Origin: Yuukianura sp. NJ FZ-2021
Taxonomy: Eukaryota
Length of the DNA stretch: 64,000 nt
Assembly: GCA_046563655.1 (NCBI GenBank)
Contig: CM102290.1
Coordinates: 7,254,001 to 7,318,000 of the forward strand
Reading direction: 5' to 3'
A program made the position numbers and the translations under genes. Of this stretch, positions 39,003-55,700 are shown one piece after another (the stretch's first letter is position 1; each line of letters begins with the position of its first letter). The notes under the pieces are model-generated. The model was not told the origin of the DNA, made no database searches, and saw only the letters and a list, made by a program, of their open reading frames with translations.

Positions 39003-39910
39003 AACACCGCCGAATCGTGCAATTTGAGCGGCCCGGCCAGGAGAGGGAGGAGCAGGCCTGGCGAGGATGTCAACTTGACATTGTCAAGCATTGTAGTTTA
39101 AAGTCAAATAAGAGAAAAACGTTGCGAGATGTGGTGTACTAATTTTGCTTTTTGTTTGACCTCATCCCGTAACCGCAAGACGTACATCCACCCTTGCCAC
39201 ATGCCACATGGAAATACAGATGACGTAATACGTGGAACTGGCACGACGTTACTAAGCTGGATGTGTGAACTATAAAGTGTAGCCACAATATGTTGTATTA
39301 TTATAGTCTATACTTTCACCCCTCATTTTAAAATTCTTCCACACTCTATTACTCTACCCACTTTTGAGAGTTACATTCACGTCCAATTGATTACATCAAA
39401 GAAAATTTAATTACTTTTGTGGTTTACGTTAACTGTCAATTGTGTAATTACTATCTTACTTACGAGTTCCGTAGTAAACAATTGTGAGTATATCTATTCT
39501 TTTGTTTATTGTTGTGCTGGATCAATCAAGCCGTTTATATCCTCTTCTCCTCTTTCGCTCTTTCTGTCATGATCGTCTTCGATTACTTGAGACCGTACTA
39601 ACCAAACCAGCAAGGAAGAATTGATATAATTTTCCCACGACCTTCCGAGAAGAGGACCATATTGGATATAACGTAAGCAAGTACTTATAGTAAATGTGGA
39701 TTGTTATGGATTTGATACAGTGGATTGGGAGTGAATGGCATTCCTCAGTTACTCATCTTCAGGCAATTCTAATCATCTGATCTCGTAACATTTCCATGGC
39801 CTCCACCTCATTTGACTCTGTGTTATGTTGTAGAACGGTCTCCTCAGTCAATCCTCTGACTGCGCCCAAATATGTGGTGATTAGATTAACCGATTAATCA
39901 AGAACCTGTT

Positions 39911-39926
39911 GAGAGAGAGAGAGAGA
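39911..39926. repeat. (GA)8 tract in the syndapin 5' region (possible GAGA-factor site)
   Basis: GAGAGAGAGAGAGAGA, among several candidate 5'UTR splice donors (about 39485, 39673, 40058, 40368). Confidence 0.5.
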
Positions 39927-40510
39927 TAAACCACCCGAGGCGGCCACCGACTGATCTGTGCTGAAACAATTGTCCGAAGCTTTACGCTAATAACAGATTA
40001 GGCTTTTACATTCCATCGTCATCAGCATCCGGGCCAGTAGAACAAGGAGAGGCAGAGGTAACTTTTAAAACTTCTGCTGTTTACACAAACTGTGAACATA
40101 ACTTGAAGTGGAGTCATACCAAATGTCAATACATAAGCAATTAAGTTGGACGTATTCAAGTGAGTTAACATCAATTGTTTTCTTGTCTAGTGTCAACGCG
40201 CTTGTATTGGAGGCAGTAGGATCGTGTCAGTAGCTTGATCATATGCCAAGGCTCCTGTATATGATCTTGCATCTGTCATTAGTTTGACCCTGAATTCCAT
40301 TGGCTTCTCATTGGTTTCCTGCATCGGGTGGGGTCGTTGTTCACAGTGGGAAACTGCCTAAAAACCAGTAAGTGAGAAACCCTTCAATGTCACTAGACAC
40401 TGCTCAGTCAGACACTAACACCTAATCATACAATCGGATTTAGTCAAACCATAATCTTAGTATTGCACCAAACGTAACCCAACCCTTGTTTTGTAGGCAG
40501 GATAAGCGCA

Positions 40511-44007
<3,497 letters not shown>

Positions 44008-44648
44008 ACGACATCGTTGGACACTATGTTATGTTAGGTTAGCCTAACTTAACTTGACGAGTAACCGATGCAGAATTTGTAAATTGACGAAAAGAAGGCT
44101 CCATTTACTACACTGACCTGCTGTCTCTGTCTGTCCACCAACTGCCAAAACAGTGAACCTCAGGGCGTATGATTAATAACTGTTGTATTAGGTTATGTTC
44201 ACCTACCCTGACTTTGTAATACCTTTAGAGCTAAAAACATAACTGACACCCTAACAGGACGATCATCCATCACCAATTGCATTTAACACAGGGAAAAACG
44301 AAATAACACATGTAACAAAAATGTGTATTAGTGAATCTACGCTTTCTAGGTGTACAGTTAGAGTAATGTTATTAGTTACACGTTAGGTTAGGCTAGGTAA
44401 CATAGCTTAACTTGGGTTATGTTATGTTGCGTTATTCTGGCAGGGATATTGTGAAAGTATTTCGAACACTACACAGTGTTCTTCCCTCCTTTTGCCTCAT
44501 TCAGACACTCATTTTTTTTAAACTGCCGGGGGTTTGGAAGTCAAAGTCACGGGACTCAGTTTGAATGAGGCCGAATGTGACTTTGTTGTCATTCTAATCT
44601 GTAACGGTAATATTAGCGTAACATAGCGTAGTAGTTGCATAAGGTGTA

Positions 44649-44694
44649 AGGTCATTGACCTGAGAAAATGTTAAGGTCATTGACCTCCAGGTCA
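44649..44694. promoter_or_regulatory. Two perfect IR1 nuclear-receptor palindromes (AGGTCAtTGACCT, EcR/USP type) plus an extra half-site
   Basis: AGGTCATTGACCT at 44649-44661 and 44674-44686; AGGTCA at 44689-44694. Function is inferred from the motif only. Confidence 0.55.
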
Positions 44695-46371
44695 ACTCTG
44701 CGTAAACAGGGATCATTGTAGTGTCAGAAAGGAGAGAGAACTAAAAACGTAAAAGTGTCCAGCGTCCATGTCACTGTCACCCTATAGCGGTATTTCAAAA
44801 CAGTAACGTCGGTTAAAGGTTAGTTTTTGATTTTGGAAGTTAGGTTATTAGGGTAATTCGGATAAAGTTAGGTTAATGCTAGGTAGGATGACGGATTTCA
44901 CAGTCCCCACCATGTCTTCGTGTGTCTGGAGGAAATGCAATATTTTTTAAAACAGACGTAGAGACTTAACCACAGAGTTTTGCTTAGGTTCAATTGTATC
45001 TGATTTATGTTCAAAAGTGCAATGTCTCATGATTGTGAAAATAGTTTCGTTTAGAATAAAAGGAATACAAATAGAGATGGTTGTGTTTGTGAAAAATAGT
45101 GAATTTGAAATTTTGAAATAGGTTTTATAAGTTTCATAAGAGATGTGTTTCATAAGTTTTATAAAAAGTTAGGCTAAGGGAGAAGGTTTTTGGAGTGCAG
45201 AGGTAAGAATTCAGTTTTAAAATTTTGTGAAAATTTTTGTAATGGTTGATGTAATTCTTGTGTTTTGAAACAATTTCAGATTTATGCAAACGATGAGGAC
45301 ACTGAATGCTTTCTGGAGGTTCGGACTTCTGTCTGGATGAGGTGTGGAGATCAAAATCACGGCGCTGGAGGTCACGTTGACGAGTCAGAGATGCTTCGAT
45401 TGGCTGGGCATTAGCGTAGAATTGGACACTTCATTGTGCAGTCAGCAAATACGGAAGCAAACTCTCAAGTATTTCGTGATGTAATAAACGTAAATGTAAA
45501 AAAAAATCGGGGAAAAATATTCTGTCGTTTTTGACCTCAGGGCACGAGGATCCAGCGGAGACAACATGGATGATCAAATGTCAGAGGTCAACGGAGATGG
45601 CAGGAAATACCAATGTAAACTTTCAACCGGAAAAATCATCTTACGATTCACATGAGCACGAGCAGTCACACCTATGACCAGGGATTGGTGAATCAAAATG
45701 CAAATCCAAATTCAAAACAAATTGGGAACTCAACCTCTGTTTTTTTGGTTTAAAATTGGTTAGTTGAATTTGTTGTTTAGTTAATGTAATCTTACGAACT
45801 TTAAGTTTTGCAGTTTCAGTTCGCTGACATCCATGGCTCAAGCGTAAAGTAATTTTTGTCCTTGAGGTTATTGACCTTTAGGCTCAAAGTCCACCTCAAA
45901 ATGTAAATAAAAATTCAATGTATTTTTTCCATAATGAAGAATTTTGTTTACGGTTTCACATTATTTCAAAAAAGTTGATTAGTTTGTAAATTTCGTATTG
46001 TTTTATAGAATAAATTTTTGTTCAGGTTAACATTTAGTAGTTCTCAGATCAAAGGTCAACTCAATAGGTCATTCGCCTCGAAAATGACTTCAGAACAAAG
46101 AACATAATGCCGCCATTCGTATTGGAAAGCCGATTTCAGATCTCACCAAGAGATGGCGTACGTGACACAGCAAGAGGAAGAAGACGCTTCGAATTTAATT
46201 CGTTGCAATTTGAAAACGTTTTCGGTTTGTTTAATTTCGTTTGAAAACGGTTTCGATTCAGTTTATTTTCGTTACAAACATCACTTTGATTTCGCTTTAT
46301 TTTAATTCCGCAACGTTTTCTGCTTTTCGTTTCCATATTACAAAGCATGTTTTTCTTCATGCTAAAGTAAC

Positions 46372-47800
46372 CTGTGCCAGCCACGACGACGGCTCTCCAT
46401 CACCATTACGTCCACGGTCTACCACCTCGACGGACGCACGGTGGATACAAAGCATCTTATTTATAAAAGACGTTATGTATATGCGCAGAAGCTTTTTGAG
46501 ATGAAATGTGTCGAGAAGGAAGTCATCTTGTTATGTTATGATTATTCTGTCTCTGTTCCTGAAGGACTTGGACTTGACCTTGTCAGTCGTTTTGCAGTTG
46601 CTAAACAACATTTTTACCTCCCTACTGTACTGCTTGTGCTACATCGGATAGCCATAGTTTCATTCATTTTCCCTTTAAAAAGCAAAAGATCAACATTCAG
46701 AATCAACACTAGTCAAAAAATCTGCTTCAAATCTTACGTCTTCTCTACGAGCCTATGTTCAGGAAACTTCAATTTATAAATAACTTTTTTTGCAAATCTG
46801 TAAAGATTTGGGGAGACTCTTGACTCTTCTCGACTCGTCGGTTTTGACTCGTGGCTTTCGTCTGACTCCTTCGTCAGGTATAGTAAGTTTAAAGCCTTCA
46901 GTAGTCAACTGATGGTGCACAGGGGAACAGTTAGTCCTCCGCTGTAAAAAAAAAAAAAAAAAGGCAAAGAAACAAATTTTGAAAATATTTTTGAAAATTT
47001 ATACGTTGCAGATAACAAAACCAGGTTGTGTAGTTTGTGTCACCTTTTGAAAGTTGTGTCATCTTTCCGGAAGTGGTTTGTCAAACAAAACCCGAATGAG
47101 TTGGGCTAGGGTTAGGGACAACTCTAGGACTAAAAAGTGAATAAGTTCTGGGTAAGATAGGCGTACCTAATGTAAAACATCAACTATGACGAAGATGGAA
47201 GACGAATTTGGTCATTGTTGTTAGTAGTTTGGTGGACGTGTCCAAGATTTGGTATAATTTTTTTTGACATCGACATCTTCTTAACTTCAACTTATTCTTC
47301 TGCTGCTCCGCTGAAGTTGAAGATCTTCCAAAAACTGACTTGCCTTGCAGTCAAGAAAATAATGAACCAAGTCGTCTTCATGACTCAGAGGATAACAAAA
47401 CGTCTTGTCCAAGTGTCCAACGAGGATACATCCGTGTTGCACTTCTTTTTGGATAGTTCAGTACAGTCCTAGAGTTGGTTGACTTTGAACCTTACATCAA
47501 AAAGCAACAATTTGTTAAGTTATAACTGCAACAACAATAAGCAATAACCTAACCAGCTGACAGACCGTCACACCTACTTCAACTTCCATTGTTCTCCGGC
47601 TGCTCCCCATTGTTGTACAACAATTGAATCACTTAATTGGAATCCATGGTTCATCATCTGTTTACATTTGATAAGGTAAGCCTATCACTTTTTAGTACGT
47701 GAGCATTAATAGTGTAGGCTTAGACTTACGTTTCGTAGAACTTGGAGTTTGATTACTGATACTGACGCAATTATTTTGAGGAAACCATTTTCAAACACAA
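46372..47800 (-). ncRNA. Candidate multi-exon long non-coding transcript or decayed gene
   Basis: Minus-strand donors at 47729 (GTAAGT), 47553, 47166, 47004, 46737 (GTAAGA) and 46371 pair with acceptors, including a long poly-T tract plus ACAG at 46942. Several introns are 60-75 nt, like those of neighbouring genes. No long ORF survives splicing. Confidence 0.35.
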
Positions 47801-49699
47801 AAAAATGTACTGGGTGATTCACAACTTACGATGACGCAGAGATTGTTTGCTTTTTGTTTTGTTGTACAACTACTAATGGGTACTCTCGTGTTCACTCTAG
47901 GTTAACCTAACTTAAAATTACTGTGAGACTAGTTAACCTAATCTACCTATACGGTTAGCTTAACCTAGTATCCGGTTTCCGGTATGTGACGCCGATATGA
48001 CAGAACGCAGACGGTAAGGTGGGACCCACTTTGACATTTGGAAAACAGCTGTTCTGGTCCATTGATACTTTAACATGGCAAGACAACTGAAAAATCTGAA
48101 TGAATCGTTTCAGTTTCAACACTAAAAAAAAGTTGACAAACAGCAGTCAGTAATAATTCTGCGTAGTACCAACTATTGCCTCCATTTTTTCAAAAATCTA
48201 AAAAGCTTTTTTTAAATTTTTCGAAAACTCGTCCCATCTCTGCTCTCGCTCTGGTTGAGGAGATTCACCCTAACCTCCGTTTAAGGTTACTTCAATGAGT
48301 AAATTCTCATTAAAACATTTTTCGGTCAGGTTACCAAAAATTTGTCAGTTTTGCCGTTTAGCAAAAACTAACACTCTTGAAGCTGTTTAGTGATGATGTC
48401 GTTGATGACGGTGACGGTTGGACAGGAAGGTCGCCTGCCTCCATATCGCTGACATCAACATTTTAACGTCATTTTAAATTGACTTCGTCCTAATCGCTTT
48501 TTTAACATTGTACTAGTAATAAAGTAACCTTATGAATGAGTAACCATGCACAAAAAATATGGTTATCCGCCGACCAAGGAAGATGCTCTCGTCTCAGATC
48601 TCGATGTTGCAAAAAAAATCCTTACATTAAGTGGGAGGTTGACTCACTTCAGTCACTATACTATGTACTTGTACAAATATTAACATTATTTTGTGGTTCG
48701 TGCTGTACATTCAGTTCACAAGATCATTTTAAACTTGTTCCGAACATCATCATGGAAAGATAGCAGAGGCCAAACCTTCAGATTTTTAATCCTCCCCCTC
48801 CCCACCGCCAAAAAAGTTGCGAAGATTTGAATTTGTGATAAATGCATCATCTCATCTCCCCTACATTTCTGCACCCACGCCCTCCATTCATCTCATCTCA
48901 AAACGATCGTGATTCAGTCAATCCTTTTCAAAACTAACATTACTCTGACTTTCTATTTCAAAAAATAAAACTTTAAAAAAATGAAGATTTTCAAAAATAT
49001 TACTTTGTCAGTATCATTTAATTTGTCGGAATTTCTGACTGGGGCAAGCAACCCAAGTCGAAATGTTTCTTCCAATAAAATTTATCTGGCGGGAGAGTAA
49101 ACTTGATGCACATTTGCAATTGGTGAATGCTAGATAATTTTAATTGTTAATCTAAATAGCTTATGTAGACCATTATGTTTTTACTAATGTCCTGAAGACT
49201 AGACAGACGTGTTTCGTTGTTCCCATGGAGTCTGAGGAGTAGTACATTTGTTTTTTCTTTGTTTACTACCGTGGGAGAGGAGGAATGAGGAGAAGTCAAG
49301 GGTTTTTTTCTCCATTACTTTTTTTTTCTTTGTCTCGGAGAGTCCGATTTGTTTGTCTAGTCAGAAAGTGACACTTTTGACACTTCCAAGTCAACAATTA
49401 ACGATTAACGCTTAGTGACTAACGTTCGTTCGTCAAAATTATCGCTGTTACGTTAAACAACCTAACTGAAGAAGTAGCTGGAGCAATGGTGCAAGAAGGC
49501 TGGGCTTCTTGTGGTGGCGACTCGAGCATGAATTCGGAAGACGGAAGGACGTACTTCGCCCGTCCAGGAGACCTTGTCTCTGGTCCTTCAAGGCGCAGAC
49601 TCCAGAGACGAGCATGCCTATCTCTAGCACCCATGCAAGTACGTCCATACTAGCATAACTTGGTATACTTTAAGTGTCTTTCCAGGGGCATATTGGTAT

Positions 49700-50095
49700 A
49701 TGACCTGTCCATAAGCATGCATTTCAGTTGGTCCATGACCTGTCCATAAGCATGTTAGTCTTCAAATTCCCTGTCGCTAAGCAAATTAGTCCGAGAAAAC
49801 TTCCGTCCGTAGGTATATTAGTCCGAAAAACATCTGTCCATAAGTACGCTTGTCCGAAAAATGTCCATCCGTAATCATATTGGTCTGCAAAATGTAGTAT
49901 GTATAAACATATTTGGCCACTACATGCACATAATCATGTTAGTCGTTAAATGTCTGTTCTTTTGTATATTCCTCCATGAAATATCGTTCCATAGGCATAT
50001 TAGTCCACATAAAGCCCGTCCGTAAGTAGGAAATGTGTGTCCATAAGCATTTTGGTCCGGAGAATGCCTGCCCATAAGCCTATTAGTCCATAGAC
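49700..50095. repeat. Degenerate ~30-bp (15+15) tandem array
   Basis: TGTCCATAAGCAT and ATTAGTCC motifs alternate, for example at 49706, 49741, 49804, 49835, 49865 and 50038. Confidence 0.75.
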
Positions 50096-52756
50096 TATGA
50101 GTATACTTTAGTAGACACCTCGAAATCCCTGAAGAGCTTCAGTAAATGACTGGCGAGTCGCGTGTTATGTTCAGTTGACTTGCAGAATTCCTCCAAGCAA
50201 GAACTTATTCGCATTTAAGTGGCTCATTTCTCACCATTTTTTATATGGACTTGGACCAGGCCCAAAATTCTTCTCTTCTCCTCTCAATTACTAATTTGCA
50301 CTTTTTTGGAAAAGTTTTAACCCGCCAATTCCATTCTGAATCGGTGAGGAATCTTTGAAAAGTTGGTTTTCAAGTTATTCTAAATTGCGGAATTTTAGAT
50401 CCAAAGTTGCTAACTGTGAAAGTTTAGCCAGGCGCTGACCAAAGTTCACCGCTAGAAGCAAAATTTTCAAGTTTTGGGACTTGTTTAATTTTTCTTTTGA
50501 AATTTCGAAAGTTTTTTCAAGAAAAGTTCCTCTGGATTTTGGAAAGTTTTTAACTTTTGTTACGGTTGGAGTTTTTTGCATTTATGTGACATTCACTCCA
50601 CTTGAGCGGGACAGAATGAAGCTTTTGGAAAAGGTGCTAAGTTTCAAAAAGGTGAGAAAGTGAGAAATTCGATTTCAAAAAAATACTTTCTGAATTTTTG
50701 TTTTTTTCACTGTCGCGGAAATCGTTTGTCCATGATTAGCCGGGAAATGAAGCAACCTATTGATTCTTTTTTAAATTGAATAACTCAAAATCAACTTCTG
50801 TTTGAAGCGTGTAACTTTGAAAGTTGAAAATTTTGAGTTTTGAAAGCTCCAAATTTTACAGGAAACAAATTATTAAGATCCTGTTTGAAAAATTACGTCA
50901 AGGAAAGTTAGGTTGGAAAAAAAAAGTTTCTGGAATTATCCACCCCGCATTGTTCTGTTGAAGCAGAAGCACTTGAATAGATTTCACGTTTTTTTTCATT
51001 CTAAGGTGAGTATGAGTGTGAGTGTGAATGAATATGAGTATGAGCATGATTACGTAATTTACGAAGATTTAAAAAAAGATGATATTAGGTGGCAAGTGCA
51101 AATTTCCAAAGTAAACTGTTTACAAAACATTTTTTGACACTTGAATTTTAAATTTATAAAAAAAAACGTAACATACCCGGATTTTAACCTTTTTAAATGA
51201 TGACTTCATTGAGTATTTTCATTTCCTTGAGTCGCTGTTCCTTTAGAAAAACTTTTGGAAAACTGTTAATCCAATTTTTTAAAAACTTTTTTGTTTAAAT
51301 TTTATTCACGAGTTTAACGCTAAATGCTTCCTGACGTCTTAAAATTATTTTCTCAATTTTCTTCATTTTAAGGTTTTGTTGTTTTCAAACTCAGTTCTTT
51401 TTCTCGTTTCGGAAGTTTGGAAGGCGAAGTTGAAGAAGTTTCTGTTTATTGAAATTTTTGTTGAAGTGGAGAACGAGAAGCTGAAGTATGATTTTGTTGT
51501 TCCTTGAACTTGTTGAATGAACTTGACTTTGAATTTGAAACAAGGTCCAAAAGTTACTTAATTTTAATGCATGCTCTGGACGTAGATTTTTTGCCTCTCT
51601 AAGACGAAACTTCCAAAAAATACAATGATTTTGAACTTAACAAAGGGAGAGATGTGGACAGATGAGATTGTTACGTTTCCAAAATGCCGTGGGTTTGGTG
51701 CTTCTGCGCATGCGGACCAGGCTGTACTTAGCTCTTCCTTAAGCCAACTTCCAAATATGGCCAGGTCACATCCAGACTCGTTTTCTCTTGCATCTTAACA
51801 ACTGGAATCTTCTGGATTTTCACATTTACTCAACACGTAGTCAAAATAGGTGAAACTTAACTTTCGTTTCGTCAGTCGGAAGGGTGATGAGCAGGAGAGG
51901 AAGGCGAAGAGGTCAACCGGAGGGGTGAGAGGTCCATTAGGTCAACAGATTTTTGCTCAACAAGTTTTATGGTGTTCAAATAAGTGTGACCATGTTCAAC
52001 TGATTACCTTCTCCACGCTAAGAAGTCAACTTTTCGAGCTGTTCTTGTGTATGTGTTGAACTTGTTTTAAATTAGGGCTTTCTTCCTGTTGAAGATTTTT
52101 TTAGTGTGGCTAATCTGTTCCTGCTGAAGTTTTTGTAAGTGGTTCTTGATGTTATCTCGAATACCTTGGTGAAGTAGCTCATTTTTTCGTGTTGAACTTT
52201 ATTATAATTCCGAGTAATTTGCCGCGTTTAACTTTTTTAGTTGTAGTTAGTTTGCTCCAGTTGAGGAATTTGATGTTGATATAGGTGGGGAGTTGACGTG
52301 CCAGAGGAAGTGGTGGTCTTGGTGGCGGCAAATTTTGAACAGGAAATTCATCTTCGAGTGCTTGTGTTTATCTGATGGCAAAAATTACATATTTCTATCA
52401 CTCCTTTCAAAGAATTTCACAGATGAGGAATGTTTAAATAGTTTTGAAAAATTTATGAACTTTGCAAGCGGGGGTATAAATCAAAAATCAGCATTTTTTA
52501 AAGAATTTTTACAACTACAAAAGTCGGCTGCTAAAAATACTTTAAATTTGTTAAAGTAGGGGGAGGATTTCCAGAACAAAAAAAAAACTTTTTTTAAGGA
52601 GTTCGCTGAAATAAAGTAAAAAGAGAACTGACATTTGTGTTTAAAAAGTCAAACGAAAGCTGGTGCGTCAAGCGAAGCCATAAGTTAACATTTTAAATTC
52701 CTTATAAGTTATTTTTTATGCATTATATATTATGTTTTGCTATATATTTTATTTAG

Positions 52757-55700
52757 ATGGCTGAACCGGCGGATGACTTGAACTCGAATCTGAGCAATGG
52801 AAGTGGCCACTCGTCCACGATGATGCCTGGGATTATGAATGGAGGTGGGGCAACGACGGGCCTTGGGCCTACGGGAAACGTCCAGGTATTGAATGCTGTA
52901 TGTACCAAACACGCCAAATTTGTCTTCTTCTGTCTTTTCAAATGTACCGCATGTTCCAAAATTTCATTATGGTTCCCGCAAAAAAAAACGCGCAATGAGT
53001 TTCCTAAATGGAACAACTCCAAATAAATAACAAAATTTTAAAGACTAAACAAAACTTAAAGCGAAAAAAAACATGAAACTTGTTTTGGTATATCCGGTAC
53101 ATTCTTTAATTTTCTTTCGCATTTTGCCAACTGTCATAAGCAACTTTGACCTCACCTACACATTATGGCCAGGGTACATTTTCGACTAGGTGAAAAACGT
53201 CAAGTGTGGTAGGGAATGTCAATTTTATTCAGCAGGTCAACTTTGAGGTCAACAGGTCGACTTCTGGCCGTTGGCAATTTGCTGTGTTTTCAAATCTTTC
53301 CTGTTCCATGTGACTTTACTTTTCACTCGGTCTTTCGGTGAATGGTTCTCTCTTGTGTCTCTTTAATGGTTTTATTATAATGTTTCATATGTTATTATGT
53401 TTATATATTATAATATATTATATAAATGTTTGGTTCGTGGGTGCCAAAATGTGTTAAATGTGTCTGATGCCAGGAAAGCTTTGCAGTCTGTCTCTTCAGT
53501 GTGTGTTGTTTGAATAATCTAAATAACCCAATTGTTTAATTTATTTAGAGCAAGGCTGCTGCCTTCTCCAGATTGAATGCCAGTTCGCAGTCGCAGCAGC
53601 AGCAGATGCTGAACTCGTCAAGTCGTCGTGTGTTGTCGTCTGGTCTCACTTCGTTCCATCAGAAACATGAGTCGTCCAATGAACTCCAGACGTCTTCGTC
53701 TTCGTCACTCAAGCAGTCGACGACTCAACATGCCAAGTCCAACGTGTCTTCAGAGATGCAGTCCAGTGTGACGACACGGCTCAAAGCTCTGTCTCAACAG
53801 TCGTCGTCTTCCTCGTCAAGTAGTGCGTCAAGCACAACGTCCAGTGTATCTGCCTGTGGGCAGAAAGGAATCAAAATGGGTCTCACCCCTCTCAAAATGT
53901 CCACGAATCTCTCAGGTAACTGGAACGTTTTCAAAATTGGTGCGAGTTTTGGAATTTGAGAAGTTTTGGGACCGGAGTGACATGTAAAATGTCAATTTCC
54001 AGCAGATTCTTGATTACTTTTGTTGTTCTGTTTAGGCGAACACAATAACAACACGCCGCTGGATACTGGGACGGTGCTTGTCCAAGAACTTGCTTTCCCG
54101 GGTACCGATGACGTCGTCCAGCTGACTCCCGTTCTGCACAGTGGATCCGGGCTTGGTCACTTGTCCAATTCACCGTTGAGCAGTCCGACGTCTGTGATGA
54201 GTCACTCCATGTCTCCTCTCTGTCCACCGCCCCCACCCGTCTCGACGGGCGTCCTTGACCTCAAAGACGGCGGGCCGCAGAGCTTCCATTACCAACAGAA
54301 GAAGGTGGCCTCAAGCTCATCGTCATCGTACCGCAGCGGAAGTTTTAGTACTGAACAAGCATCAGCCAATGCTGCGGAAATGAAGAGAGTTCAAAGTGGG
54401 GACGTCACTTATGAAGAGAATTCACACGCAGCCGCACTCAAAGAAAAAGTGGAGCTGGATGGGGTCACTGCCGAGAAGAAGGCAGCAACGCTCCAGGAGC
54501 AACGGTGAGCACAAAATGCACAAATGTGCACGTATTTCTTGGCGACATCTATGTCACCACTTCATTTTTTGTTTTCCATCGTATGTCGTGTGGCTAGGTT
54601 TTTGTTGCACCCGAACAGCTTGACAAAACGCGCCTTGAACAAAAGAAAATTTCAAGAAGTCCTTGAAAACTGTGCCAAAATTTGGTTTTCATTTCTAAAA
54701 AAAAAGTTTAGTTCCTGTTTGGACTGCTTTCTTTCTTTAAAGCTGCATTTTGAGTTTGAAGTTTTCAAGAGTTACGCGCGGGGTTACTCCTCCGCCTTAA
54801 CCGTCAGTTTTCCGGTTCCAATGTTTTAACTTTGTTAACTTTTTTAGTTCAGTTTTGTAGTGGCTAGGCTAATCAGCTGATAAAATTTTACCTTGACAAA
54901 AAACTTTTTTATCGAATTTTTTTTTTGCCTCGTTGGAAAACATTGCCTTTGGAAGTAAAGTTAAATATGCCCAGGTTGCCTCGGCTCTTCAGTGAGCGAC
55001 TCGCCAAGTAATAACCATTTCAAAAATCATTTTGTGTTTCAGGTGTTTTCATAACGTAGAATACGAAAATTTCAAGTTATGTGTTACCACCAACCCTTCC
55101 ATTTTTTCCAAAATCGTAGACAAAATTTTAATTTTTTTTTGAAATTTTGATTTAGATCCTTGACTCAAGCGGGTGTTACAGACGAAGAGAAGCGACGAGC
55201 CTCAGCGGCTTCGCTAACAATCTCAACTGGCACTTACACTGCCGAAAAAGTTGCTGCGATGGCTGAGCGGAATCAAACAAGAACTGCGCAAGGCCGTTTG
55301 ATCAAATCAGAAAATCACTTGACTGGTCTCAGCCAATCAAAACTCACTTTCAAGAATCAGCTCTCGGGTGGTGATGGCGAAGAGAGTAAGAGAACAAACT
55401 TTTTTGATATTGAGTTTGTGAAATTTTAAATTTTGGATTCTTTTTTCAGTTTTCCGTTTTGAGGATCTGGATTCCCTTGGCTGGGGCTCTCCCTCACTGG
55501 ATGTTGGGCGTGTGACGGACAAGTATGCTACGGAACTGTCAAATATCGTTGAAGACTTGCGTGAATCTGATGAAGAAACTGAGGGGTCAGTACATCGACT
55601 CAACTATGCGTCAGGAGTTATGAAAGCAGCTTGGAAAGTTCCTGGACATGGACACCAAGTATGATTTCAAAAATAAAGAAGAAGAAAAGATTTGAATGTT

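Noticed and set aside
44380..44400. TTAGG runs as interstitial telomere (also at 17718-17731)
   Set aside because: Only 2-3 units each, scattered through the window; not an array.
45284..45484. In-frame TGA as possible selenocysteine (also at about 47458-47460 on the minus strand and at 37963)
   Set aside because: No resemblance to a selenoprotein family, no CxxU-type motif and no SECIS identified.
48388..48460. C/D-box-like pair (TGATGA…CTGA)
   Set aside because: Short spacing, no rRNA-antisense element I can recognise and no host intron established.
51012..51110. Possible SARM1 first exon MSVSVNEYEYEHDY…
   Set aside because: The ATG lies just inside a strong donor (AAG|GTGAGT at 51005/51006) and the sequence is a TGAGTA/TGAGTG microrepeat, so it is probably intronic.
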